Part shown: piece by piece, positions 1 to 13,054 of the stretch
How positions within the stretch are numbered: position 1 is the stretch's first letter
How the letters are laid out: each line of letters starts with the position of its first letter
From: Octopus bimaculoides
Taxonomy: Eukaryota
DNA length: 56,854 nt
Assembly (NCBI RefSeq): GCF_001194135.2
Contig: NC_068984.1
Coordinates: 128,056,381-128,113,234, forward strand
Direction: 5' to 3'
Notes under the pieces: model-generated
Told to the model about the DNA's origin: nothing
The model's input: the letters and a program-made list of their open reading frames with translations, nothing else
Database searches by the model: none
Position numbers and translations under genes: made by a program

Positions 1-273
1 CATGTTTTTATTCAATTTATCTGCAATTTTCTTCTTGTATTAGATGGATAACCCACCCTCCATTTACAGCAAGTAGCGAGCGTCTCGTTTTTTTACCTGT
101 GTGCTAAATTTGACTACTTACGACTAACGCAGGCGCATGCACAAATTTGTGACATGCACACTCCCAGAACTCAGATCCACACTTCTCCAGTAGTGCCAAA
201 TTTTGAAACTGAGTTTGCACCCCCTAAGCAAATTTTGTTCCCGGGCCACTGCACACACACATATATATATTTA

Positions 274-450
274 TAGGTGCAGGAGTGGCTGTGTGGTAAA
301 AAGCTTGCTTACTAACCACATGGTTCTGATGGTTCTGGATTCAGTCCCACTACATGGCACCTTGGCCAAGTGTCTTCTACAATAGCCTCGGTCAGACCAA
401 AGTCTTGTGAGTGGATTCGATAGACAGAAACTGAAAGAAGCCTGTCGTAT
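274..450 (+). mobile_element. SINE family A 5' half followed by a (GT)n-rich tract to about 740
   Basis: Family A head match. Confidence 0.8.
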
Positions 451-2301
451 ATGTTTGTGTGTACATGTGTGATTGTGTGTGTGTGTGTGTGTACATGTGT
501 GTGTGTGCATGGGTATTTGTGTGTGCACCTGTGTGTTTGCGTGTGTGCATGCGTGTGCTTGTATGCGTGTGTGTGAATGTGTGTATGCATGTGTCTGTGC
601 GTGATTGTGTGTGTGTGCATGTGTGTGTGTGTGCGCGCACACGTGTGCATTTGTGTGTGTGTGCATGTGTGTTTGTTTGTGTGTGTGTGTGTGTTTGTGT
701 GTATGTGTGTGTGTGTACATGTGTGTGTGTGTGCATGCACACGCAGAGAACTGATGCAGTCACCAGCAGCACCACATCATGTGTTTGGGATCTTCCAAAT
801 AAGAAATGGGGAAATGTGAAAATATTAAATAAAATGGAATAAAAACAAAGTGAAAATTCCTTGAGTGGAATCAAGCTTACTTTAGAATGTTGAGTAGGTG
901 ATGAAAGGGAAAACTACAGAGTGGGGATGGTGGATATTTTAACTCCAAGAATAATAAATTTTTTTATTAAAAGCTTTCATAAACATACATTAGCTGTTTA
1001 TACCAATTATTATAATTTTCTGATCCTTTTTATTTTTTCAATTAATTTTTTAACTACATTCTTTCCCTTTAAAAATAATAATTACTAAATATAATTTAAA
1101 GGATTTTTACACCGTCCAATTAAGAAAGCTTCTTTCTTTTCTTTTATTTTTATAAGGTTCATTATTCTCTTCTAATTATATGTTTTGTTTTTATGTCTCT
1201 CCTGGGTGATAGAATATTCTGATTTTTTTTTTTTTTTTTTTTAATGCCTCACTGCAAAACTATTAATTGAAAATAGATAGCAATGAAGATTAGAATGTGA
1301 GTGGAATGTGTTAAAGCCATGGAATTTGAAATTATAAGAATAGCAGAAGCGTGTTACAAACTTTCAGAAATACCTGCTTCTGATGATGTAATGCAGCATG
1401 AAGCAGAGATTTTTGTATCAGGAATAGAAGAGAAGGTTCCAATTTTCAAGTGATGATGAATATTTTGTATTACATCTAAGGCAGAATAAATTTTGGCACA
1501 AGGCCAGCAATCTTGGGGCAGGGGTTAAGTCGATTACATTGACACCTACCCACAATACACACACACACATACACACACACACAAACACACGCGCGCGCAC
1601 CCAGTGCTCAACTGATACTTAATTTATCAACTCTGAAAGGATGAAAGGCAAAGTCATCCTCAGCAGAATTTGAACTCAGAACATGATGGATGAAATGCGG
1701 TTAAGCCTTTTGTCTAGCTTGCTAACAATTCTGCCAGCTCACCTCCTTGAAAAGAGTAAATATTATAAGCAGATTTTGTTGTGTCTGGGGAGAGTCATTC
1801 CATTTTAATGCCTCATTAACACACACACTGGTTCAATTTCCACTCATTTACTTATTTATTTTTTCTGAAATTTTTGTTGCTTCCTGCAACCTCTTCGATA
1901 GTCGTTGGCTCTCCCCAGATACAATAAAATATGCTTTAACACACTAATTCACATAAAGAATCTTGCAAAAGAAATACAAAAACGAAATTATAAGCAGAAA
2001 TATACAGAAATTTCTACAGAATTGTCTTGCTCAGTTTCATTAATTCTGTCTCTAATTCATTAATTATAAAATTGATTATTGTGCATATAGTTTTAAAGGG
2101 CAACTAGCTTCAACAAAAGAATTAGCAACAGAAACAGAAGTAGAGTAAAATAATAGTAAAAATAATATGCCCCAAAATTGGAGTCTGAATAGGAGTTATA
2201 ATTAATAGTAACAGAAGCAGTATTAAAACCAAGAGGTAATCTTGATCTCCAACTTAATGTGGAAAGTGTGTTAGAGCACAGAATACTGAGTTACTTATCA
2301 T

Positions 2302-2639
2302 GAAAGAATTTTTCATAAGGACTCATGGTGTATAAAAACACACATAATTATATCGTTGACAGATGAGAAACATCTACTAAGGCTGCTGGAACTCCCAGGT
2401 CTCATAATTTCACCCTGCTATGAGTTCCTCAATGGCAGATGTCCAGCAGTGCAACAACAGCCAAATCTCCCATCTGCAATATATTGAATCTCAGTGTCTA
2501 TTCAGACATGTCACTGATGGGTATCTGTCACTGAGGAATCCATAGGAGGATGAAATTATGTGATCTGGCAATTTTTGTCTGTGAATAATATAGTTACATG
2601 TGATTTTATGCACCACAAGTCCTTATGAGAGATCCTTTC
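2302..2639. repeat. Old foldback, about 150-bp degenerate arms
   Basis: CATAAGGACT..CATAATTTCA.CC...TTCCTCA.TG.CAGAT present on both strands. Confidence 0.7.
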
Positions 2640-2932
2640 AAGGTAAATAATACAGTATTCTGTGTTCTAACACAACTTCCACATTAAATTCGAGATCAAG
2701 ATTTAAACAATTACAATGTTTCCATAACAGATGAGGATTTTGAAATTGCATAACAGATTTTGATCAGCATTTTGGGGCTTTGACAAGTTAAGGTACAAAA
2801 CAAATAATTTTATCAACAGATGTGAGCTACTGACTAAAATAAATATTAAAAAAGAATTGTGTTTTTGGAAATGTAAAGTTTGCAATAGAAGTTGTTAGAT
2901 TCATTGATAGTAATAAGTTACTAGACATCATG

Positions 2933-3140
2933 GCAAATCTTTGGTTTGCATTAAGGATAATACTTACTATAGAGAGAAAAACCTGAGTAAATGAAAACTT
3001 ATAAAGGCATATTTACAGATTTCCATCACGCAAGATAGATTAAATTCTTTGGCAATAGTGTCAATAGAAAATGATATTGTAATAAAGATAGATATAGGAA
3101 CTGCTATCAAAATATTTTCAGATCTAAGTTCCAGAAAAAA
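2933..3140 (+). mobile_element. hAT transposase C-terminal (dimerisation domain) remnant
   Basis: ANLWFALRIILTI..SK*KLIKAYLQISITQDRLNSLAIVSIENDI..ID..I..F...SRK, with a stop and a frameshift. Confidence 0.75.
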
Positions 3141-4036
3141 AATGTTTTGGATGATATATATTTTATCAGTGTCTGTTTCTTTGCTTATATATTTTTTTTT
3201 TTTTAGAAAATAACCCTAACCCTAGCACCTACAAGTCATCAACAGCACTCTCAAGACTTTCTGTCACCCTATCGACCTCCATTACATTTTTTTTTTTTTT
3301 TTTTTTTGTGGGAAAAACATGCTGAGTTCATTGCCAATAATGTAAATGCAATATCTTTCTTTTTCTCTCTCTCACACACTTTTTTCTTTCTATCTATCTT
3401 TCTTTCCTTCTCTACTTAGTGCTCAGGAAAAATTTGTATGTGGATAATAAATTGTACCTGTCTGTGTAACTTAAATACAGTTTTAAAAAAATGCATTGGG
3501 CTGACAGAATCATTAATGCATCAGGCAAAATGTTTTGTGAATTTTATTCTGGCTATTTATGTCCTAAGTTCAAATTCCAATGAGGTCAACTTTGCCTTCC
3601 ATCCTTTCAAAATCAATAAAATAAATACCAGTCATGTACTGGAGTTGATGTAACCAATTATCCCTCTCACTCCACCAAATTTTTTTGTCTTGTGACTATT
3701 GTAGAAAGAAAACATGAATGCAGTTCTTTGTAGTCTCAAATAGTATTTTTCTCAAGCAGTGTATTTGTTTCTGCTGCATGCTCCACACACTTGGAGCCCA
3801 TCTCTTCATGAAACTGGACTTCATCTGTCTCTAACTGTTCACGAAGCTCAATTAAATAAGCTTCTAGTTTTTTGCATCTAATGCAAAGAAATATGAAAGT
3901 TATGAATATGATATGCAGAGTGTTTCGCCTCCAAGTCTTTGTTGGGGTATGTTAGCTCTGCAATTCCAGGTTTACATGGGAGATCATTAGAAAGCGAGTG
4001 CTTCTTGAGGAGTTCACTACCAACCCATGTATCTCA

Positions 4037-4104
<68 letters not shown>

Positions 4105-4127
4105 ATATATATATATATATATACACA

Positions 4128-4976
4128 CAGGGTACAGTGAATAAACTGTTGTCTAAATTATGCAAAAATAAAAATAACACTGATATCTCATTTTAACAGA
4201 TATATTTACCATAATTACATTAAAATATCTTGAAATACTAAAGGGTAAATTTATTCAATAAAATTGCCATTGGCTTCAACCATAGCCACCTGCAGCTCTT
4301 CTGGACGGTCTCCTTGGTGAATGCTGCCATAATCCTTGCCATCAGTTTATTTTTGGTGTTACAAGCAGTTTTGTTGGTCTCTCACTCAACTACACCCTGC
4401 ACATAATAATCAAGGGGGTTGTAGTCTGGGGAGTTAGGTGGCCAAATGTTAGAGGTTATGTGGTCACAGAAATTGTCTGGCAGCCATGACTGGGTTCTCC
4501 TGCTTGTGTGGAATGCTGCAGAGTCCTGTTGCCAGACATAGGGTCTTCCAGCAGCCACCCTCTTGACCCAGGGCAGCACTACCTCCTCCAGGCACTTGGT
4601 GTAGGCCTCCTTGTTGAGTCTGAAGCCATGTGTGAAGATGAATAGAGGCATAACATCGCCATCACTAGTGATCACACCAAACACCATGATGTTGACTGGA
4701 TGTTTGATTTTTATCACTCTCGGTACAAGTCCTCAGATTGCTCTTTCCTCAGATTGACACCCAAACACTCTGAAATGTTCATATTGGAGCTTTCATCGTG
4801 AATTCCATGTCATTTCCAAATTTCTGGCAGAATGAATTGCATCATGGTGCTGTTTTTCTCATAAATGGTGCCTCACTAACCCAATTATACTGTGTAGTCA
4901 ACAAAATCAAAAATAAACAATGCGCATGTGTGAAATAAAAAACATAAAATGGCAACAATTTACCCATCACATCCTG
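4128..4976 (-). mobile_element. Internally deleted Tc1/mariner element of the maT (DD37D) family
   Basis: ORF 4382-4717 reads VMVFGVI..WQQDS..WPPNSPDYNPLDYY with 37 residues between the last two catalytic Asp; degenerate 24-bp TIRs (16/24) at 4128 and 4976. Confidence 0.85.
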
Positions 4977-5015
4977 TATATATTTGTGTGTGTGTATGTA
5001 TATATTATTTTATTC

Positions 5016-5404
5016 TTTTACTTGTTTCAGTCATTTGATTGTGGCCATGCTGGAGCACCGCCTTTAAGGGTTTTAATCAAAGAAATCGACCCTAGAACTT
5101 ATTCTTTGATAGCCTGGTAATTATCCTATTGGTCTCTTTTGCCAAACCACTAAGTTACAGGGACATAAACACACCAGCATCAGTTGTGCAGCAATGGTGT
5201 GGAGACAAACACAGACACACACACATGAACACATACATACATACATACATACATATATTCTGTCCACCAGATCCACTCATAAGGTTTTGGTCAGCCCAAA
5301 GCTATAGTGGAAGTCCCTTGCCCAAGGTGTCATGCAGTGGGACTGAACCCAGAACCATGTGGTTGGGAAGCAAACTTCTTACCACACAGTCATGTTTGCG
5401 CCTA
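5016..5404 (-). mobile_element. SINE family A
   Basis: Reverse-complement match to family A. Confidence 0.8.
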
Positions 5405-6342
5405 TATATATAATATACAAATATATATATATATATATATGTAGATAGATAAATAGAGAGAGAGAAAGAGGGAGAGAGAGAGGGAGTTGAAGTGTGAGAG
5501 TGAAAGGGAGTAAGAGAAACAAGGAGAATGAGAAAGTATTTCAGTGAAATATTGAGAATGCAAGGCAGAGTTTGAGAAAAAAAGAGGGATGAGAGGGGCA
5601 AGAGAGAAAATTTGACTGAAAGTTTATCAAAAAGTGATAGAGAAAATTGAGCAAAGTCATAGCTGGACTGGGGGAGAAGAGTATATGCAACTGTTTGGTA
5701 AGAGAGAGAGAGAGAGAGAAGGAAAGAAAGAGAGGAATATGAGCCATAGTTTTGCAGACAAGGAGAGAGAGAGAGAGAAAAAAGGAACATGAATCATAGT
5801 TTAACTCAAAGGAAACCAAGTGAAAAAGAGGGAAAGAGGGTAAGAAAGAGAAAGGAATATAGTTTAACAGAGAGGAGGAGGAAAGAGAGAGACAAAGTGA
5901 TAGTTATAAGTAAGAATTTAATGAGAAGAAAAAGAGAGACAAATATAGCAAAACAAAAATAGAACTAATGAAAAAAACAAAACTAAAAAAAACTATTTCC
6001 ATTTTGTCAGTTTCCTATTCAAACATAGAGAGGAAATGAAAGTTCCGTTGAAAAGGAAATGAATTTGAATTTTTTGATAATATTACATGATATACAGACT
6101 TCAGTGCCTGCTTTTATATTTTTTAAATTTTAGCTTATATATATGTATATATGTATATATATATATATATATATATACTTTGATATATATTTATATATAT
6201 ATATATATATATATACACATACACACACTATATATATACTTTGATAGATATATGTATATATATATATATATATATGTATACATATATATAACATATATAC
6301 TTTTATATATATATGCACATAAATATGTATAACATATATACT

Positions 6343-6400
<58 letters not shown>

Positions 6401-6483
6401 TATATATACGCATAAATATATATAACATAAATACTTTTATATATCATCATCATCGTTTAACGTCCGCTTTCCATGCTAGCATG

Positions 6484-6521
<38 letters not shown>

Positions 6522-6560
6522 CACACACACACACACACATATATATATACTTATATATGT

Positions 6561-6595
<35 letters not shown>

Positions 6596-8014
6596 TATAT
6601 TCACATTTATACATATACATATAAACACATGCACATATGCATGTATATGTATGTTGTATGTATATCACATATATTCAGGTTTCTTCCATCAACACCATGT
6701 ACTTTTCCTAACGCAGAAAGAAATTGCCAAAGAGTTATTTTAAATATTCAAATATTTTGTGTTAAAGATATATTTTGTGCAAAAATGGTGGAACTTAAAT
6801 TAGTTCCAATCTGTTGCTATTGCTGCATAAAATAATAACTCGTCTACAGTGTCACATGTTACCATATTGTGTGTGTGTGTGTGTGTTTACATGAGGGTAG
6901 GGCAATAAGAGGTGTTGTTATTGCCTTCCCCTACATAAACACACATAATATTCTTTTCTATGCTAAGCACAAGGCCCAAAATTTTCGGGGTGGGGGGGCC
7001 AGTCGATTTCACACATGTCTTCCATACCATTTCTTTTAATACAGCTACCAAGCTACTTACCACACAGCCACTCCTACACCCTATCATAGGAATTTTATAA
7101 ATTTTTGAGAGAATGTGAAATAATTACTTGTTTGGAATAGTATCTTCGATGCACATCACATACATCTATAAAGAATAGCATATAAATATTGGGTTGATTT
7201 TCCTATCCAATGCAGTTTTTCAAACCAATACTTGCAAGCTATTCTTTAAAGCTGTATGTGATGTGCCATGAGAACAATATTCCAAAATAGAGACTGATAT
7301 GAATAGAAGTAACTTAGGGAAGAGGAGGTGATGACTGTCATTACGGAAAATATGAAGATCAGCAAAATAATAATAAAACTACTGAGAGGGGGAAAGGATG
7401 AGAAATGGGGAGGTGTTGGGTAGTGACGGGTGGCTAAAGTGTGAGTGTGGGAGAAGAATGAGAGTCATATTTTTCTTTTTTATTTGTTTCAGTCATTAAA
7501 CGGCAGCCATGCTGGAGCACCAACTTAAAGAATTTTTAGTCAAAATGAATTAACCCTAGTACTTATCCTATTTAAAGCCTGATACTTATTCTATCTGTCT
7601 GCTTTGCTGAACTGCTAAGTTACTGAGACATAAACACACCAACACCAGTTGTCAAGAGGGGATGGGGGACTAACACACACACACACACACACAGAGAGTT
7701 CCTTTTAAGTGTTGGATCTCACAGAGGCAATGACCAAGACCATTGACATTATGTCATGCTTGAGAAGACCCATCAAACTGAGCAAAATATACATATATAA
7801 TCAAAAAATGGCATAAAAAGACATGAAAAAAAACAACAATGCGAGGACGTGGTACATGGAAACTATTAATAAGATGCTCAGAGAAGGAAAGAGTGGTTGT
7901 TTTACATTTCAAGCAAAGCTCTTCTTTGGAAACAGGAGACATCATAGGCAAGTCCAAAAGAAAAGGAAGAAGGAGGGAAAAAAATCACCGACGGTCCAAG
8001 TGTAGTTACATTTT

Positions 8015-8051
<37 letters not shown>

Positions 8052-8629
8052 CATACACATCATCCATACAAAATCAACTCTATACTATCAAAATGATGTC
8101 AAGATCCAGTGAAAAACTAATAAAGTGAAGATTTTTCTTGATACCCTGTTTTATTCAATGTCATTCCTAATGATATTTAAGAATTAAAAGTCAATCACAT
8201 AACATCTCTTCTGATTGAATCTGAATAAATTCATCAAAACAAAGTTTTAACACTTGGATATGTTCCTACACACAACAACTGATTATATGAATGAGAAATG
8301 AAGTCTTAATGATCGTGTAACAGCTGGCACTGATATATTAACACGGGCATTACTAATAGATTAATGCAAATTTTAGTAATGAATAAAATGCGACAGGTTT
8401 TATTAATGACTGAATGTGTCGCGTACAGTTAATACAACTGGTGCTTAGAAGTAGTGCAGCTTTTAACATGAGTGGTAATAAGTTATCACTGTTAATATGA
8501 AGTGCTAAGGAGTTCATCATCATCATCATCATCATTTAACGTCCATTTTCCATACAGAAACATATGAATACTCACGTATATGCACATGTATATACATATT
8601 TATGCACTTTCAGTTATCCATCCAGATAC

Positions 8630-9446
8630 CATCATCATCATCATCATCATCGTTTAACGTCCGCTTTCCATGCTAGCATGGGTTGGACGATTTGACTGAG
8701 GACTGGTGAAACCGGATGGCAACACCAGGCTCCAGTCTGATTTGGCAGAGTTTCTACAGCTGGATGCCCTTCCTAACGCCAACCACTCAGAGAGTGTAGT
8801 GGGTGCTTTTACGTGTCNNNNNNNNNNNNNNNNNNNNNNNNNNNNNNNNNNNNNNNNNNNNNNNNNNNNNNNNNNNNNNNNNNNNNNNNNNNNNNNNNNN
8901 NNNNNNNNNNNNNNNNNNNNNNNNNNNNNNNNNNNNNNNNNNNNNNNNNNNNNNNNNNNNNNNNNNNNNNNNNNNNNNNNNNNNNNNNNNNNNNNNNNNN
9001 NNNNNNNNNNNNNNNNNNNNNNNNNNNNNNNNNNNNNNNNNNNNNNNNNNNNNNNNNNNNNNNNNNNNNNNNNNNNNNNNNNNNNNNNNNNNNNNNNNNN
9101 NNNNNNNNNNNNGGTGTCTTTTATGTGCCACCCGCACAAGCCAGTCCAGGGGCACTGGCAACGATCTTACTTGGCTTGCCGGGTCTTCTCACGCACAGCC
9201 CATTTCCAAAGGTCTCGGTCCGTAGTCATCGCCTCGGTGAGGCCCAATGTACGAAGGTCTTGCCTCACCACCTCAGCCCAGGTCTTCCTGGGCCTACTTC
9301 TTCCACGGGTTCCCTCAACTGTTAGGGTGTGGCACTTTTTCACGCAGCTATCCTCCTCCATTCTCACCACATGTCCATACCAGCGCAATCGTCTCTCTTG
9401 CACGCCACAACTGATGCTTCTAATGTTCAGCTTTTCTCTCAAGATC
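8630..9446 (-). mobile_element. 5'-truncated RTE-clade LINE (gap inside)
   Basis: RT C-terminus RRLRWYGHVVRM..GRSRPRKTW..V..DL (9167-9442) and a (GAT)n tail at 8630-8650. Confidence 0.85.
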
Positions 9447-11041
9447 TAATGTTCAGCTTTTCTTCAAAATACCACCACAATGAATATTAAAAAAGGAGCA
9501 CTCCATCAGTTACAACAACGAGGGTCCCAGCTGATCAATGGAACAGGTTGCTCATGAAATTAACGTGCAAGTGGCTGAGCAATCCACAGACATGTGTACC
9601 CCTAACGTAGTTCTCAGGGAGATTCAGCATGACACAGTGTAACAAGGCTGGCCTTTTGAAATACAGGAACAACTCATTTTTGTCAGCTGAGTGGACTGGA
9701 GCAACATGAAATAAAGTGTCTTGCTCAAGGACACAATGCGTTGCCGGGAATTGAACTCAAGACTTTACAATCATGAGTCAAATACTCTAACCATTAAGCC
9801 ACACACCTTCACTTCAGTGAATATATATAAATTTCTATATAAATAAGGAGAAGATCATTATTTTAAATAAAGATCAAATCAAATGACAGCAAGGGAAGAA
9901 AAAACTTATGGGTTATAATTATTATTAAAATTATAAATACCACTATGCTTGAAATAGCAGTCAAACCTGTATATACATGCATATATATGTATATACACGA
10001 GCGTATACGTGAGTATTTGTACGGGCCTTTTGTTAGCTTATTGTTATCATAAGGGCTTTTTGTTAGCTTATTCGTGGGGGCCTTGTGTTAGTTTATCTCT
10101 CCAAAAAAAATAGCTCCCTTTGCTGTTGAATAAAATAAACTTCCAGAGGGGAAGTTTCAACGTCTTCCTTCAATTTTCTTACATCATTTATGTGACTGTT
10201 TCTGACAAGAAATTTTGTTTTCATGTAAAGCAACTATATTTTGTATTCATTATCCGTAATCTACTCCCAAAACACTTCGGTAGCTCTACTTTGCATTGCT
10301 TGCAAACTTATATGTTCTATAATCATTAAAGTGCATCAACCTCCACAATAATTGACCTATAGTTACATGTAAATAAACAAGTTGAAAAAACATGAGATGC
10401 AATACAACCGTACAGCATATCGGTGTTGAAACCATAAGAAGACCAAGCAAATGATAATTGATGCAAATTTATGATGTTATTCTGTGAAGTTCGATAACGA
10501 ACCAATACGGAACGCTGTACATTTCAAAAAGGACCGTTGGAGTTATGAAAGTAAATAAAAAATTCAGACTGAAGAAAAAAACCGTTAGATATTAAAAAAA
10601 TTAAAAAATATAAAAATATATTTTTTACACAAGTTAATGGTCAAATAGAAGTAGATCTAATAAGTAATGCTAATATATAATATACCCAATAAACAATTTT
10701 AGTAGACATAATCTAAATAAGCCCTTATATTAAGTTAGGATTTAGAAGTAAAAAGCCTTATATGGTTATTTAAGCCCGATAGGTTATAGAAAATAAATTG
10801 TAAAAANNNNNNNNNNNNNNNNNNNNNNNNNNNNNNNNNNNNNNNNNNNNNNNNNNNNNNNNNNNNNNNNNNNNNNNNNNNNNNNNNNNNNNNNNNNNNN
10901 NNNNNNNNNNNNNNNNNNNNNNNNNNNNNNNNNNNNNNNNNNNNNNNNNNNNNNNNNNNNNNNNNNNNNNNNNATATATATATATATATGTAAGTATATA
11001 CATACATACATACATACATATATATATATGTAAGTATATAC

Positions 11042-11076
<35 letters not shown>

Positions 11077-12203
11077 CATACATACATATACATATACACA
11101 CACACAAATTGAACTATACGCATACACACATATATTGACAGGCATGCAGCTTAGAAAGCAGACACACACATATCCATGTGATGTTTTGTCACAACACACA
11201 CACATGCACAGATATACAATACATTCATACTGTGAAATACATGTAGTCATGTACAACTTCATCCACTTATCCACACGTACATATATTCGTATCGGCTGCG
11301 TCATTAACATTAATCACTTTTAACAAATTACTGCAGTAATTTAGTAATGAAAACTATAGAGGAGACAGTGGTGGTAGTGACAGTGATGGTGGCGAGGATG
11401 GTGATGGTGGTGGGTGGGGAAGGGCTATTGATTTAATTTTTAATTTAATGTTAGTCATTAGTATAGTGTTGACATCTTTACACTACTAATTACTGCAACA
11501 ACAACAACAACAGCAACAACAACTTATCTTGAGCAAATGAAGGATTTTCAATGTGGTTGCTCAATAATGCTGAAAATAGCAGCCAAACCACACTGAAATC
11601 ACTCTGCTACTATCTTACGAAAAGAAGGGTATATTGGACAATGTGGGTACACTGTGCTTAGGTAAAAGACAGGATGGTCATGGATGAAATGCTTTTGACC
11701 ATAAATCTGCTGGATCAGGATGAACCCAGGACCAAATAGCAACAATATTGCCTTTTATATAGGTAAAATTTGCCAATTAAAGCACAAGAGACTATTTTTG
11801 TGGCCACTTAATAGATATAGACCAGGGGTTCCCAGCCTGTGGTTGCCAATCCCTCCTGGGAAGCAGGGATTGCAAAGCCTTGGCAGGGGATTTGCGTAGC
11901 CTTGCTAGAAGTGGCTTCGGATAATAACACACATTACACAAACACATACATATATATGTATATGTATACATATATGTATATATACATAAATATATGAGGA
12001 TAATTTTATAATTTCGTTAAACTGAAAAGTAATTTCATTAAACCAAAGAATATATGTGCATATTTTATACTATTGGGTTTTACCATTGGATGCTCTGATG
12101 TTTTGATATAAATTTATGTTCAATTTATGATAATATGGGAATGTTATAAGACTATTTTGAACAACTGAGCGTTTATTCATTATACCTTTCAATTTATTTA
12201 TAC

Positions 12204-12660
12204 ATAGGTGCAGGTGTGGCTGTATGGTAAGTAGCTATAGGCACAGGAGTCGCTGTGTGGTAAGTAGCTTGCTTACCAACCACATGATTCCAGGTTCATT
12301 CCCACTGCGTGGCACCTTGGGAAAGTGTCTTCTACTATAGCCTTGGGCTGACCAAAGCCTTGTGAGTAGATATTTGGTAGACGGAAACTGAAAGAAGCCC
12401 ATCGTATATATATGTATATATATATATATATGTGTGTGTGTGTATATGTTTGTGTGTCTGTGTTTGTCCTCCCAACATTGCTTGACAACCGATGGTGGTG
12501 TGTTTATGTCCCCGTAACTTAGCGGTTCAGCACAAGAGACCGATAGAATAAGTACCAGGCTTCCAAAGAATAAGCCCTGGGGTCGATTTGCTTGACTAAA
12601 GGTGGTGCTCCAGCATGGCTGCAGTCAAATGACTGAAACAAGTAAAAGTGTAAAAGAGTA
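12204..12660 (+). mobile_element. SINE family A, full length with duplicated head
   Basis: High identity to 38616-39027. Confidence 0.85.
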
Positions 12661-13000
12661 TACATATATACGTGTGTGTGTGTGACAGACTTCTTTCAGT
12701 TTCCAATCTACCAGACCCACTCACAAGGCTTTGGTCAGCCTGGGTTATAGCAGAAGACACCTGTCAACGATGGTACACAGTGGAATTGGGCACTGTGTGG
12801 CACCTTTTATGATTCAGGTCCCTATTAGTGTACATGCTTTCATTTATGTGCATTAACTACAGCATTAGAGCATTTTAGCTCTTATTTCTAGCAATGTAGG
12901 TGTTTCTTTACACTCTAATCATATTAAGTGGCAATTATATATATACATGTGTGTGTGTGTGTCTGTGTCTGTGCATGCTTATACATAATAGTTATGTATA

Positions 13001-13054
<54 letters not shown>

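Noticed and set aside
271-874. Long HT/CV/YI-repeat ORFs here and at 6087-6835, 22111-22567, 34220-34692 and similar loci
   Set aside because: Translations of (CA)n/(TA)n microsatellites, open in several frames at once.
1379-1410. CTGATGA motif suggestive of a hammerhead (also CTGAGGA at about 56183)
   Set aside because: No GAAA strand with consistent stems I-III.
6678-6745. Isolated AG-preceded short open frames (also 6028, 26459, 28660, 34780)
   Set aside because: No phase-linked partner exon or recognisable homology; expected by chance in AT-rich DNA.
8654-9449. ORFs spanning N runs (also 24673-25041, 25661-26505, 27257-28517, 32483-33657, 45650-46063)
   Set aside because: Their length comes from assembly gaps; the flanks are RTE or SINE sequence.
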